Shown one piece after another: positions 37,158 to 50,033 of a stretch of DNA of 54,676 nt. A program made the position numbers and the translations under genes. Location: NCBI RefSeq assembly GCF_001194135.2, contig NC_068983.1:78655456-78710131 (forward strand), read 5' to 3'. Source of the stretch: Octopus bimaculoides (lineage: Eukaryota). How positions within the stretch are numbered: the first letter of the stretch is position 1; each line of letters begins with the position of its first letter. The notes below the pieces were generated by a model. That model ran no database searches, had not been told where the DNA came from, and saw only the letters and a list, made by a program, of their open reading frames with translations.

Positions 37158-37556
37158 ATCATCATCATCATCATTATCATTTAACATCTGTTGTCCATGC
37201 TGACATGGGCTGAACAGTTTGACCACAGATATCAAGCTGGGGAGCTGCACTAGATTCTAGTCTGATTTGGCATGGATGCTCTTCCTAATGCCAGATATCA
37301 TCATCATCGTTTAACATCCGCTTTCCATGCTAGCATGGTTTGGACAATTTGACTGAGGACTGGCAAGCCAGAAGGCTACACCATGCTCCAATCTGATCTG
37401 GTAGAGTTTCTACAGCTGGATACCCTTCCTAACGCCAATTACTCTGAGAGTGTAGTGGGCGCTTTTACGTGCCACCGGCACGAAGGCCAGTCAGGCGGTA
37501 CTGGCAATGGCCATGCTCAAAATGGTGTATTTTAAGTGCCACCTGCACAGGAGCTG
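37158..37556 (-). mobile_element. Two adjacent RTE 3' tails (37158-37296 and 37297-37556)
   Basis: Two (CAT)n-TTTAACATC starts; the second is close to the D1 UTR. Confidence 0.85.
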
Positions 37557-37819
37557 CGAGATAGATAGATAGATAGATGGAATAATCTCAATGCATTTTT
37601 CAAAACATATATTGGAAGAACAAATGATTTGAATAACACCTGCATTTGACTTGACTATTTCTTATTTTATCTATGTTATACAAAAACATTTCACTTAACC
37701 CTGGAATTTCTACCTCTGTAAGTAGGCTGTAATATCCTTGGTACTTATGTGAATTTTTGCTACCCTGGTAACTATTTATTTATTCCTTCCTTGTTATTTG
37801 TACACACTGAAAAAAATAC

Positions 37820-37850
<31 letters not shown>

Positions 37851-38449
37851 NNNNNNNNNNNNNNNNNNATATGAAAAAAGTTGCTGTTGAAAATGCATCT
37901 AAACTTCAAAAACTTGTAAATGTTTAAAATACATTGATTTACATATATGCCAAACTAGTTTCAATTATATTGTTTGTTTATCAATGGTAAAAGTTTAAAA
38001 TTAGGAAAACATCTTTAAAAGTTTCAATATTGACGAATTAAAATGTTTGAATGTTGACAAACTAAAATGTTTCAATATTGATAAATTAAAACACAAAGTG
38101 TAAGTTTGAATGTTCATAGCAGTCAATAAAATTAAAACTGTATATCAATTTGTTTGAATGTACAAAGTTCATTAATTTTAGTGGTGGTAGACAAATTTAA
38201 GTCAGGTCAAACTTTTATCATAAAATATGGTGGTAGACAAGTCAGCAACTTGTGTTTGTAGAATTTCATTGGACTGGAGGTGGGTGACGTCAGCAACTGG
38301 TGTTTGTATGGTGATTTGAGTTGCAATTTTGGAACCTGGGTGGAAGATTGTTACTAAAGATTAAAAAAAAAATTTTTTGCTGTTCCTCATTGTTTTTTTG
38401 TGTTGAAATTGAGTCTTTTTTCTTTTCTTTTTACTGTTTTTTCTTCTTT

Positions 38450-38860
38450 CTAAAGGATATTCAGCTGTGGTTTATATTTTTTAATCAGTATTTTTTCCTT
38501 ATTTAAACGGTATTGGGTTGAAGTGTTTCCAGTGCATTGATAGAGAGGGAAGATTTGGTATTTAGGGTTTATGTCTATGGAGCATTGGTCTAGGTGCTTG
38601 CTTATGGGAATTTTCCTAGTTGTGGGGTCTCAAATTTATTACCTGTGTACCGTAAGTCTATCCCTCAAAGTTGGGCTAGTTTGACCAATGTAGTCACCAC
38701 CACAACCTCAACATTTAAGAACATAGATTAAGTTCTTTGGACCACAGGTGAAGTCATATTTTATGATAAAAGTTTGACATGACTTAAATTTGTATGTTGA
38801 GCCCTCTAAGAGGAAGATGCAAGTTCCACAATTGTTCAAGCACGATTGTGGAGATCTACT
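38450..38860 (-). mobile_element. Penelope-like element relic, GIY-YIG endonuclease
   Basis: CGTCIFLLEGSTYKFKSCQTFIIKYDFTCGPKNLIYVLKC*GCGGDYIGQTSPTLRDRLTVHR**I*DPTTRKIPISKHLDQC...RLNKEKILIKKYKPQLNIL*; colinear, with in-frame stops only. Confidence 0.92.
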
Positions 38861-39129
38861 CACGCAAAAGCATTAATTGTTTTGCTTACCCACAAGTAAA
38901 GAATATTTATCCTCCAATGAGATGTTGATCACTCGTTCTCACTGTTCAATATTAGTGAGTGAATATGTATGCATGTATGTATGTATGTATGCATGCATGT
39001 ATGTGTGTATGTATGTATGTATGTGTATATACACACACACACACACATATATATAAATATATATATATATCTACATACACACACATACATAAATGTATGT
39101 ATCATCATCATTATGTATATATACGTGTT

Positions 39130-39345
39130 TGTTTTTTTTTGTTTATTTGTTTGTTCCTCCATCATTGCTTGACAACCAGCATTGCTTTATTACATTCCTA
39201 TATCTTATCAGTTTGACAAGAAGACATCAATATATTAAGTACCAGGTTTCACAAAATTACAGGGTTCGGTTTGTTTGAATAGACCCTTTAAGGTTGTGCT
39301 CAAGCATGGCTACAGTCCAATGACTGAAACAAGTAAAAGATAAAA
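39130..39345 (+). mobile_element. SINE family B, 3' half
   Basis: TTGCTTGACAACCAG..CAAGCATGGCTACAGTCCAATGACTGAAACAAGTAAAAG. Confidence 0.75.
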
Positions 39346-39908
39346 GATTAAAACCATGAAGTGTGGAATGATGTTGATGGATTCATTTGGGAAAATGTCC
39401 TTATTTTGGTTTTTATAATCAAAATGTTCTGACTGTTGTATCATTCTTCTGGTGCCTGTTAATTTCAGTAACATATTTTGAACTGAACCCTTTAACAAAT
39501 AAATAGATGGTTCACATTCGGTTGTTCATACCAAAGACATTCTTACATTAGTTATTCTTCTATTCATATTGCTTGCTCATCCCACTTGCATCAGAGTACA
39601 TATAGATTGACTAACCCAGTGACTGAATTCAACCCATTGAAGCGTGCTTCACATCTATTGAAGCATGCTTACATCATCTCTTTGCTGCTTTCACACAAGC
39701 TCTACATTCAAGGCCTGTGCTACACTACTGTACAAAATTGTGCTTCATATACATACATCATATAAACTACTTTTCTTTAAGAGAGAGAGAATCATGACAT
39801 TTTGCTGCTAGGATAGGTAATAACTCCCTCAACATTTCCCATTCCATTCTTACTTAAGCTGGACTGAACTACTCACCTCAAGCCTGGATTGGACTACTCA
39901 CCTCTAGT

Positions 39909-40275
39909 ACTGTGTGGTAAGAAGTTTGCTTCCCAACCAAATGGTTTCAGGTTCAGTCTCACTGAGTGGCACTTTGGGCAAGTGTTTTTCATTATAGCCC
40001 CAGGCCAACCAAAGCCTTATGAGTGGATTTGGTAGATGGAAACTGAAGAAGGCTGTTATATGTTTGTGTGTGTGAGTGCATGTGTCTTTGTCTGAGTTTG
40101 TCCACCACCACATGTAACCAGTGTTGGTGTGTTCACATCCCCAAAATTTAATGATTCAGAAAAAGAAACCAAAAGAAACCAGGCTTAGAAACATTTAAAA
40201 AATTATTGGGGTTGATTTGTTCAACTAAAAATTCTTCAAGGCAGTGTTTCAAGGCTGACTGAAATGAATAAAACA
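39909..40275 (+). mobile_element. SINE family B
   Basis: CTGTGTGGTAAGAAGTTTGCTTCCCAACC head through GACTGAAATGAATAAAA. Confidence 0.85.
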
Positions 40276-40479
40276 TAAGAGAGAAGTAATTCTAGAGAAT
40301 ATTTCCTGCATTTAAAAGAAAATACATCCTGGGTGATCTTACTGTTAACTAGTCCTGCACATCTGCACTGTAAACATTCTCTTCCAATTTTCATGTGATC
40401 CTACTGCATCACTTTTACACTAGTTATAAAGTTGTATCACATAGTTAACATTGTATATACAGTATAGAATGCCTACCTG

Positions 40480-40985
40480 CAGTCGATTTTGAGCACGGCC
40501 ACTTCCCAGATTGCTATAGAGATTTGTATTCTTGCATACCATCAAAATTTTGTCTTTGGTTCATTTCTTTTAGACTTCTTGGTTATAGACAATGCTTTAT
40601 TGTCTGAAACTTTTCAGCTAATTCTTTGATTGATCCAGCTATACAAACTGGAACATTAATATAAAAGAATTACCATAGACAACCAATCTTAAATTTTTTG
40701 ATCATTACCTGAAGAACTATGATGAATAGGAAGAGACTGAGAAATTATTTCTAAAGTACACTATACTAATATGCTAAACTCTTTACTATGGAGCAACTTG
40801 GTGACAATAACCTTGTATATATCTAAGATTAGATATTCATCTCCAATCAGTTTCTTTCAATAATTATTGAACTACAAAGCAGTGTCCAGTCAAAGGCCTT
40901 CTCCAGGCCAACAAATGCTAGATATAGTGACTTCTTTTTAGCTATGGATTTCCTTTGTAGTTGCCTCACTGGGAAAAGGGTATAA
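40480..40985 (-). mobile_element. RTE LINE reverse transcriptase relic
   Basis: VRQLQRKSIAKKKSLYLAFVGLEKAFD, LFLFIIVLQVMIKKFKIG, IAGSIKELAEKFQ, SGKWPCS; heavily decayed. Confidence 0.85.
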
Positions 40986-40998
40986 GTCACTGGCTGAG

Positions 40999-41030
<32 letters not shown>

Positions 41031-41899
41031 CACACACTGACACACATACACATCTACATACTCATATGATTGGCATTTCACTGCACTCAATAAGACCTGT
41101 CTGTCACAGTGAAAGTGACAAGCAGTTTTTATTGAGGACATTAAGTTTATGTCTATACACTCACCAAGACAAGCTTCTACACTCAATCTGTTTCCATCAA
41201 GCCTTCCCTATTATCATCTTCCGAACACTCATCCCTTTATTACTTCTCTAAGTATGGCACTATTCAGTTACTACCATCAAATGGCTGCAAAATCTGCCCA
41301 TTTTTTTCTTCCACAATGTGCTATTAGTTATTGCCTCCACTCCCTGGAATCACTTCCTTTAACATCCTTCCCTCATTCTCAATATCATCTCTCCCAATTT
41401 TGTTTTCCACAGATCATCCCTTCCTGTACCCCCAGTCAATGTTCCCTCTCCTTTGAACTACATCTCAGGACAGCCATACCTCTTCTTTAACACCCTTTCA
41501 TATTTGCTATCATTTTCAACACCCAGTCACATTTAGTGTTGACATAACCGTCCCCATTTCCTTGACTCACTATAGCCACCACTATACACTTCTGACCTCC
41601 AGCTGTGTCCCTCTTCCCCCTCTACACATCATCTCCTTATCTTCTCATCTATCTGCAGGCTTATATTTCTGCTTTCCACCCTTCTTGTACTGTCGCTTGC
41701 TATCTCCTTTCTCTGATATTTCTTTACCTTTTCCCCACCAAACCATAGCTCGATCATTGTTCATCATTCACTACTTTAACATCTACCCCCATCGTCTCTA
41801 ATCATGAGTCACTCTTCTCTTACATTCCTGTGAACTTATCTTACCCATGCCTTCCTAGCCTTAGTATATATTTCTTTCATATACTCACCTTCTTGTACC

Positions 41900-42310
41900 T
41901 CTGACACCTTGCCACCAATTCCTTTATCTTTTTTCTAGTTACCCCTACCCACTCCTATATAATGTGGAGTAGTCATGTATCTCCTCTATAACAAGACACT
42001 TGTGCCTGTCCTTCTATCATGCTTTAACTTCTGGACACCTAGCAAAAAGCCAACTCCCTCCCTTTTTGCTACAATACAATTCTTTGTATTACAAGTCTCT
42101 TGGCAACACCTCACGGGTGCTAGTGTCACAAAATTAAGCAATCAGTACACACTGTAAAGTGGTTAGTGTTAGGAAGGGCATCTAGCTATAGAAGTCATAT
42201 TAAAGCAGACACTGGTGTACAACATGATCTTCCACTTCATTGGATCCTGCTAAACCCTGCAAAACCTGACAGTATAGAAGATAGACATCAAATGATGATA
42301 ATGATGTTGA
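41900..42310 (+). mobile_element. RTE-tail repeat D2 (pyrimidine-rich body may extend back to ~41400)
   Basis: GTGGTTAGTGTTAGGAAGGGCATCTAGCT followed by a GATGAT tail. Confidence 0.7.
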
Positions 42311-42326
42311 TATATATCGTGGATGG

Positions 42327-42360
<34 letters not shown>

Positions 42361-44664
42361 CTTACATTACCTTCATGTTGAATGTAAGAAATAATTATTT
42401 ACAAAATGAAATTATTTGAAAGGTACTCCAGCATGGTTTTTGCTATGATTGTTGAAATGCATTAAAGAAGTCTTTAATGTATATGTAAGCCATTAACTAT
42501 TTGATTTTCAAGTCTTAAAGATGCTACATTTTAGCTTGCTTTTTAAAAAAGATATAATTAATAATATGTTCAAATATAGCATCAATGACAGAATATAAAC
42601 TGAAAGCATTTATTTTGATAGGTCTAGCATTAACATTAATGCAAGCACACATCATATAACTTAATCTATAAACACGAAAGAACCTGTTATATGCAAATAT
42701 AAAATTGAAAGTAAAATGCACGCAAATATGCCATCAATTTCAAAACTGTAAGTTAAATAAATTTAGCATCTTAATTTAACTTTTAACTATCGACAGCATC
42801 TATGACGTTTCATAGTTACTGAAAGGATAAAGTTACTTGACTGTTCAGAAATGAGTTATCTTTTAGTTTCACTATTATTTTTAACAATTTTTCTACTGAA
42901 TCAAAAGAATCAAACATTAGGATGATATTATCTGTTTTCTTTGAGATCTCATTCCATGAGTCAGCAATAACTAAGCATTTAATTGCATATGTTATGCTCT
43001 AGATTATGCTTTTTCCATTTTTCTGTCAACTATGATTTCCTGAGAAAAAAAAAACACTAATGTAAAAGAAAATAATAATAAAAATAATAATAAATAAAGC
43101 TGAAAGAATATAGTCAATAAAACAATGTTTCTGTGACCAAAATAGTAACAACAGAAGCAATTCTCAAACACTTTTGTCTTTCAATAAATATCATGATGAT
43201 GTTGGAGATGGTGAGTTTGTTTAATGGCACAATAATAGCAGTGCAGATAGAATAATTCTCTACAGTCCTGACACTATAATGTAGACTGTTTCCTGTATTT
43301 GAATAGTGAAAGAGAAAGAATTCATTTCATTGATATAGTATAATTGTATAACATCGACATCACAAAATATATCAATCTTTACTTCCATTTTTCTGTGTTA
43401 GCATAGGTGAAATGGTTTCCACTATGTTTATATAATGGCTTAATGATAAAGCAATCATTATTGCTGTTGAATGTTCTTCTTGCCACTAACTGATTAGCCA
43501 TGGATGTTATTGCTGTTGTTGGTGTTATTGTTGTCAATGTTTAACCCCTGGTGAGTATTGATTGAGCAGGTCTATCATCAAAAGCATTCTAGCTATGACC
43601 ATCCTATCTTTCTTTTCAGACATAATGAATAGAGGGGAGTATTCTTCAATTCTGACTGACAAACATCTTTGGCTTTGGTGTCATAATGAAAAGAATTCAG
43701 TCCTTGTAAAATAGTCAGCAATAAGAACACATGTCTATAAAAAAGATACATGCAAAACTAAAAAGAAAAGAAATACAGAGAAAAAAAGGCACACACAACA
43801 AGTTTTCACTGTTGTTGTATATATCAGATGACAAAGGAACAAGACAAGTGGCTAGATGCTGAGGTAGAACATAGAGAAAAATGGACATACCAACATAGAG
43901 AAAAATGGACATAAAATGAGCACACCAATTCCACTGCTACCACCATTGTCATTGTCAGTAGCAGTAGCAGTGACAACCACTGTATCTAAAACATTTTTAA
44001 GATGAAGGGGAGAGATTTCAGGAAGATTGTTTCCATTTCCTGTTGTATAAATGAAACCAGCTCCTTAACTCAGGAATTTAAATTCAGGCACGCAGAACAC
44101 GATTGAACTCATAACAAGCTAATCCTTGCTGTTCTCAAGCTGAAAAATAAATACCAGCCCCCACACTCACACCCATCTACCATAATAATATCTGTGAATT
44201 CGTCCCCACCTTACCGCTATCTCTAACAAGAAGATAAAATAGAAACTGTGTCTTTGTATTTCTTCTTCATCATAATTTTTGGTAAATTTAGAATGATTAA
44301 AACCATATTAATTTCATCAGACATGTCAATTTTCCAGTCCCATTTTCAATCATCACAATCACCACCACTCATGGGGAATCTGGCCCTCTTACTATGAAAA
44401 TGTTGTAGTCAGTAGTTCAATAATGCTAACCACATGACAAGTATAATTCATATGTTAGTATCAGTGTTGTACTAAACAGTCAGAAACGTTTCTATTTCTT
44501 AACTATTAGACAAACATAAGATAAACACTGAGTAAAAAGAAGGCTATAGCTTTCTTTGTTTGCTTGTTTGTATTATACCATTGTTTCTTGGATTTAGAAA
44601 TTTTCCTGAAAGATAGTATCTTTTTACTTTTTCTATTTTTTCTTTTACTGTAGTGTGAATGTGT

Positions 44665-44785
44665 GAAGACACATGATTATAAGATTATGGGTTCAATACC
44701 TGACTAGGTGGCATGTTGTATCCTTGGGCAAGGCACACCATTTCACATTGCTCCAGTCTACTCAGCTGAAAATGAGTGCTGGTGC
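44665..44785 (+). mobile_element. Degenerate SINE family A head
   Basis: GGGTTCAATACC B-box and TATCCTTGGGCAAGGCAC..TTCACATTGCTCCAG. Confidence 0.65.
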
Positions 44786-46829
44786 AGTCCTCTCTCCCTC
44801 TGGCTGTCACATTCTTGATGCTCCACTGGATCAACAGCAGCTGAGAGGGTATTCATGCGACTCATAACTTCCTAAAAGTAAATTGTGAAAGTATGGTACA
44901 TGTTAACAGGTTGCACTCATTTACAAGAGATGGCCTAGTCATATCAGGTGGAGATAAGATATTTTAATCATGTTGAAAGTAATTTTAGAAGAATGGTAGA
45001 TCAAAATGATATTTATTACTTCTTATATCATAAATGAGAATATTGGTTCTTAATCTGAAATGATCGATTCTTAATTAGAGATGATCAGAAATATAAAAGC
45101 TATAGTTTTTTTAAAGATTAGTATTGTTGTTTAGCCTATGTTCAGCTTTGTTTGGAGAAGCACATGAGCAAAGCCATTTTAACCAAAACTATCTTATATA
45201 TTTCTATACCTATGTTTATATTATCCAAAACTCAGGGAAACTCACAATAGGATATTGCTTTCACATTTGGAGCAGTGAGACTGCTTCTAGAAAAAAGACA
45301 CCCTATTGGTTGGCTTAAAGTTACTCACAGGCATACTCCAGCCCCTGGTTCACAACTGTGCTGTGTCACTTTTCTACTCTTTCTACTGCCATTGTAGTGG
45401 CTTCTGTTCCTTGGAATTCTTTGAGCTCAAGCCACCTCCACTCAGGTATTCATGTCCCACTCATCTCTCTTCCCCTCTTTATCTTTGTTGCATCCAACCC
45501 CATCAAGACACACAATAATCACCCCATTTAGTCTTTCCTTCTCAGAAAATCATTCCTCTGGAATCCCTCTCTGCTAATAGCTTTTCCTGAAGACATTTGG
45601 TTTTACAAAAGTTCAAGAGGAACATTAATGGCATCAATCTCACCAGTCTAAGAGTGGCTTCCAAGGCCATGTTTGTTTCTCTAGACCCAATAAGTAAAAT
45701 ACACCTTTCTTTTTTATAAGACAGTTGGTTGTAGTTTAGGTGAGATTTGGCTGTTGTTTCATGTAATTGTGTTGAGTCTTCCTCATTTACTTGCATTTTT
45801 AAGATTGTAACAAAAGTGATGTAATAAACTTTTTGTTAGTTTTATTATTTTTTTGTGTTCTGTCACGATAAATATATTTTATTCTTATCATCTGATGATC
45901 CAATTGCTGCTAACTATATGTAGATTAACATTTAATTTTTTTTATAATCATATAAAATTTGTTTTCTTCTCTAATGTGTGATTAGTTATCTACACTTTTC
46001 CTTGTAGTCATTTTATCTCTGAGCTGAGAGAAATTTTCAATCAGCTTTGTGATACACTAAATTTTCTTCTAACCAAATATATTTCCTATCTACTATTTCT
46101 TGTTCCATATTTAAGAAATTCACTTGTTGTTGCATTGTTTAAATAACTTAAAATTTCAAACACTATCTCACCATCTAGGTGCCATACAGAATCTATGGCT
46201 GCTGTTTATACAAAATCAATCAACTAAAATCTCCAATGACTCATTACTGTCAAATGTTTCAAACACATTTTAGATTCCAGACAAATTTTACTTTTGCATA
46301 TAATTTGAAAGCAAACTATTAAATGAGATGAGACACAATCATTGAGAGGTTATAATGCAGGATTTCTGAATATATGATCACTAGTTTCATTCTTACTATA
46401 GCCATTGTGTTTATGTTCCTTGACAAGGCATATGAGTCCAATTATGTGAGTCTGCCTTGTCTTCTACGCAATCAAATGGTTAACAGAATAGAGGGCATCT
46501 AGCAATGATATCAATTTTTGTAAGAGTATAAATATACTGTAAACACAACAATATGGATATAAATCTATAACAAAAATAAAATATATGTAAGTGCAATTTT
46601 GCTTTTATATTTGCTAGTTTTATAAATACATATCAATATTAATACAATCCCCAATGATTTCATTCTAAGTTGTTTTATTTTGCTGTGTTGTTGTAACAAG
46701 CAAGTCTATTTCAAAATTTCTTTCTTCTAAGAATTTTATCAGCTTAATGTTTCTCATAAGGTTGGGGAGCTGTGAGGGTTGAAAAAGAGCTGAGAAATTA
46801 GCATAATTAAAATGGTGAAGAAAAGAATT

Positions 46830-47300
46830 TTAGCCATGCATACCCTTTATGAGGTATGCAGAGTATTTCTCTTTGGGATCTTTGCTGACATTTGCATTCT
46901 CTTCACTATAGGGTTCATATGGCAGGTCATCTGGAAGTGAATGCTTTTTGAGGAATTCATTGTTAACTGTCAAGTTCTCATTCACTTCCTTCTTGATATA
47001 TATGTTGTTGATATTTATTTTCACTCTTATTGTTTAGCAGGTGTTGTCTGTATGATATCATACAGCACTCAAAGGATGTTTGTATTATTCTTAAATGCTT
47101 TCTCTCCTCTTCTTTCTCCAAGATTGGGTCTGTTGATATTGTTTCAGTGTAAATGTGTAGCCAATGGTACGAACACATAGATTTTGATACCAAATAACGC
47201 AGGTTTTCTCTTTAGACCAGTCAAGTTTCTAATCTATTGGTATCAGTACAGGTAAAGCAAAAGCTTTATCAAAAGATTGTCTTGCCATAAAATGAAAGCT
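46830..47300 (-). mobile_element. R4/Dong-type LINE relic, region C-terminal to the RT
   Basis: KAFALPVLI..DWSKE, a frameshifted NINRPNLGERRG resembling DRLYL.R..GGRG, SFECCMISYRQHLL, and terminal KGMHG. Confidence 0.55.
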
Positions 47301-47388
47301 CTAACTGCCATATTTTATAAAGTTTAGTATAATTTTCTTTGCTTTCTCTATGTGTGTATGTATGTATGTGTGCATGTGTATGCATGAA

Positions 47389-47990
47389 CCTTTTAAAAGG
47401 TACAAAGCCTGTATTAAGGGCAACATCAAGGAACTGCAAACTGATGTAAAGAACCAGGAAGAACTTACTTTGGAAAAAGTTGAGTGGAGGAAACGCATAA
47501 GGGAAGATCATAAAACTTTTGAAGAGGGTCATCTTGAGCACAAAAGACCAAAGAACCAGCTTATGAGAGGCTGTGATTAAAACTTCAGTAAGAAAATAAA
47601 GTGCTGGAGGTGTGAAATGTTTGGTTGTGTACTCTTTTCTAAGGCTGGGTATGTCAATCATCTGAAACCCCATGAAAAATCAATTGTATGCAATATCTTT
47701 CCTCCTCGATTGAGTGATTAAATGTGAGCTATGTGTGAAATGGCTTGGAAGTCAGGTCTGAAGAGGCATATGGTGGTTCACAGAGATCATATCTCACAAA
47801 ATGATCTGATCAATCCAGTGGAAGTTGTGACATTTGTTTGTCACCTATGCTTCAAACCATGCAGTTCTGCAACATGAGTGAATAGTTATCTGGAAGGTCA
47901 TAGACAAAAGTTCAGAAGTGCCATTGACAATGAGGAAGCTTAGAAAGACAGCAGTCATCTGTGAAGATAGAGCAATCACCATGTATGTAT
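47389..47990 (+). mobile_element. 5'-truncated RTE-type LINE end with three decayed C2H2 zinc fingers
   Basis: KRYKACIKGNIK..LTLEKVEWRKRIRE..KTFEE, then fingers at 47611-47673, 47723-47781 and 47839-47901. Confidence 0.75.
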
Positions 47991-50033
47991 GCTTCTTCGC
48001 TTTTTTTTATTTATTAGAATTCTTCCAAGGTGGGAACTGGTTCTAACAGCTCCTTCATCAGAAACAGTTCCTCCAAACAGAAGCAACGTCACTGGAATTT
48101 AGATAACAGTAATACATATTGAACTTCAAGAAAGTCTTGTATACTTTTGCTGTTCCACATATGGTATTTGTGAAGTTCATGTGGGCTAGTCTCGTTTTTG
48201 CCTGAAAATCCTAGATTTTCCAGATTCTCACTTAGTCACCTACAATTTATGTACATATGGAGGGACAGATAGTTGAATGGATGAATGGACGCCTGCATGT
48301 TCATGCATATTTTTCACCGATATATATCAATAAAGGATATAACTGCTGTTGTGAAAATTGAAATGAAAAACTGATGCCTTTTTGCATAAAGTTCCTTGCT
48401 ACATTTGCTCTGCATTAAGTTATAGAAATTCCTTTGGCACTCTCACAATCAAAAATGGACCAAGAGTAATCTGTAACCAATGAGACCAATATAAAATGGA
48501 AAAATTAATCATACTTTCATGCACATACATACATACATGTATACATACATACATACGTACATATGTACATACATACATACATACAGACACACATACATAC
48601 ATACGAAGACAGAGTAAACAAGGAAATCTACAGGAAGTAATACTTTATTTACGTTCAAATATCTTTATAGCTAGAGCACCTGTAATTCCTGTATCAATTT
48701 CAAACTTTTCCCCTCCATCAGGACTAACAGATGCCCCAATCAAGATATATGCCCCAAAATACTGAGTCTGGCTCACATATCATGATTGGTGCATCTGTTG
48801 CAAACACTGCTATCATAGTCAAACAACAGACTCTTTACATGATTGTTTTGTCTGCTAGAAATAACAGCTGCTTCTCACTCAAATCATACGTATCATCTTT
48901 AAGATTACCAAAGGATGGACCAGTCACTACCAGAATACCTTTGATCATAAGCTTGTTTGTTTAATCAGGGTTAGACTTGTTAAACAACAACTACCACAAA
49001 TTGACAATCTGCATCTGAGACTGCATTCAGAAGCACAAATAACATTTTCTTTGCGCTATAGAATTTGCAGTGTTAAAATCACTTCACACTCTGTATCCAC
49101 ATCCTAACTCCTCTACCCTACCCCATATCGTTAATCTCTGTAAACCATGCACAAAGCACAATACCTGAATAAGAGAGCACATGACCAAGTATTTCTGAAT
49201 ACACAGAACCGAATTACATCATCTGCTCTATGGTTTGGTGTGTAAGTAACCTGGTTACTTTTATCAAATGAACATGAAATTCTTCTGTGCATGACAGACT
49301 ATTTATAAGCATCTAAACTAAAATGGAAAAGAGCATAGCATGTAGAAAAGCTAGGTAGACTCAAAATCATGAGAGTCTAGTTCTCAGTTTTTGATTCCAT
49401 TTTCTCATACGCTTTACTTAAACCCCCAAAGTATATTCACAGCAATAGCATATATATCTGCACACACATAAAACATGCCAATCATAAAGCTTTAAGATGT
49501 TTGTGTGACCTATTAAAAACAACAGCCCAGCCACCCTCATATCACATCCTAATGTCTTAAAAAAAGGAAGAACACATTGAGTAATTTTGTCACTAAGGTA
49601 CAAAACAATGGATTAGTCATAGCTGGAACAAGATATTTATTATCATAAATTTACTCAGTTAAGCCTGACCAAAGGATAAACAGTAACATCATACACATAG
49701 CACACACAGTTTACAGGTAGAGAGTTGCTTGTGTGGTTTAGCTCCAGGTCAGCCTTGTCTGTGTAGACTTATGATCAAAAGTCTCTCAGTCTAGCTATGA
49801 TCATTCCAGAAATACTTGATAATGCAGTCTTAGTTTTCATATTGCCAGAGGGTGGTTGATTGATTAATTGATTTCATGGTTGCCCACAACTTCAATATAT
49901 CAGATGCAGTTTAGTCCTTTATCAATGAACGTTGCCGGATGATGGCTAGTAAGCTGTGATTTTGAGTCACTGTCAATTTTTGCCTTCTAAAACTAGAATA
50001 TATATATATATACATACACATATATATATAGCA

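Noticed and set aside
37352-37385. Hammerhead on the antisense RTE tail (CTGAGGA-CTGGC-AA-GCCA-GAAG)
   Set aside because: It has GAAG instead of GAAA and no stem I, stem III or UH site; it is better read as the tail stem-loop.
43868-43915. 24-bp tandem duplication AACATAGAGAAAAATGGACATA
   Set aside because: Ordinary local slippage duplication.
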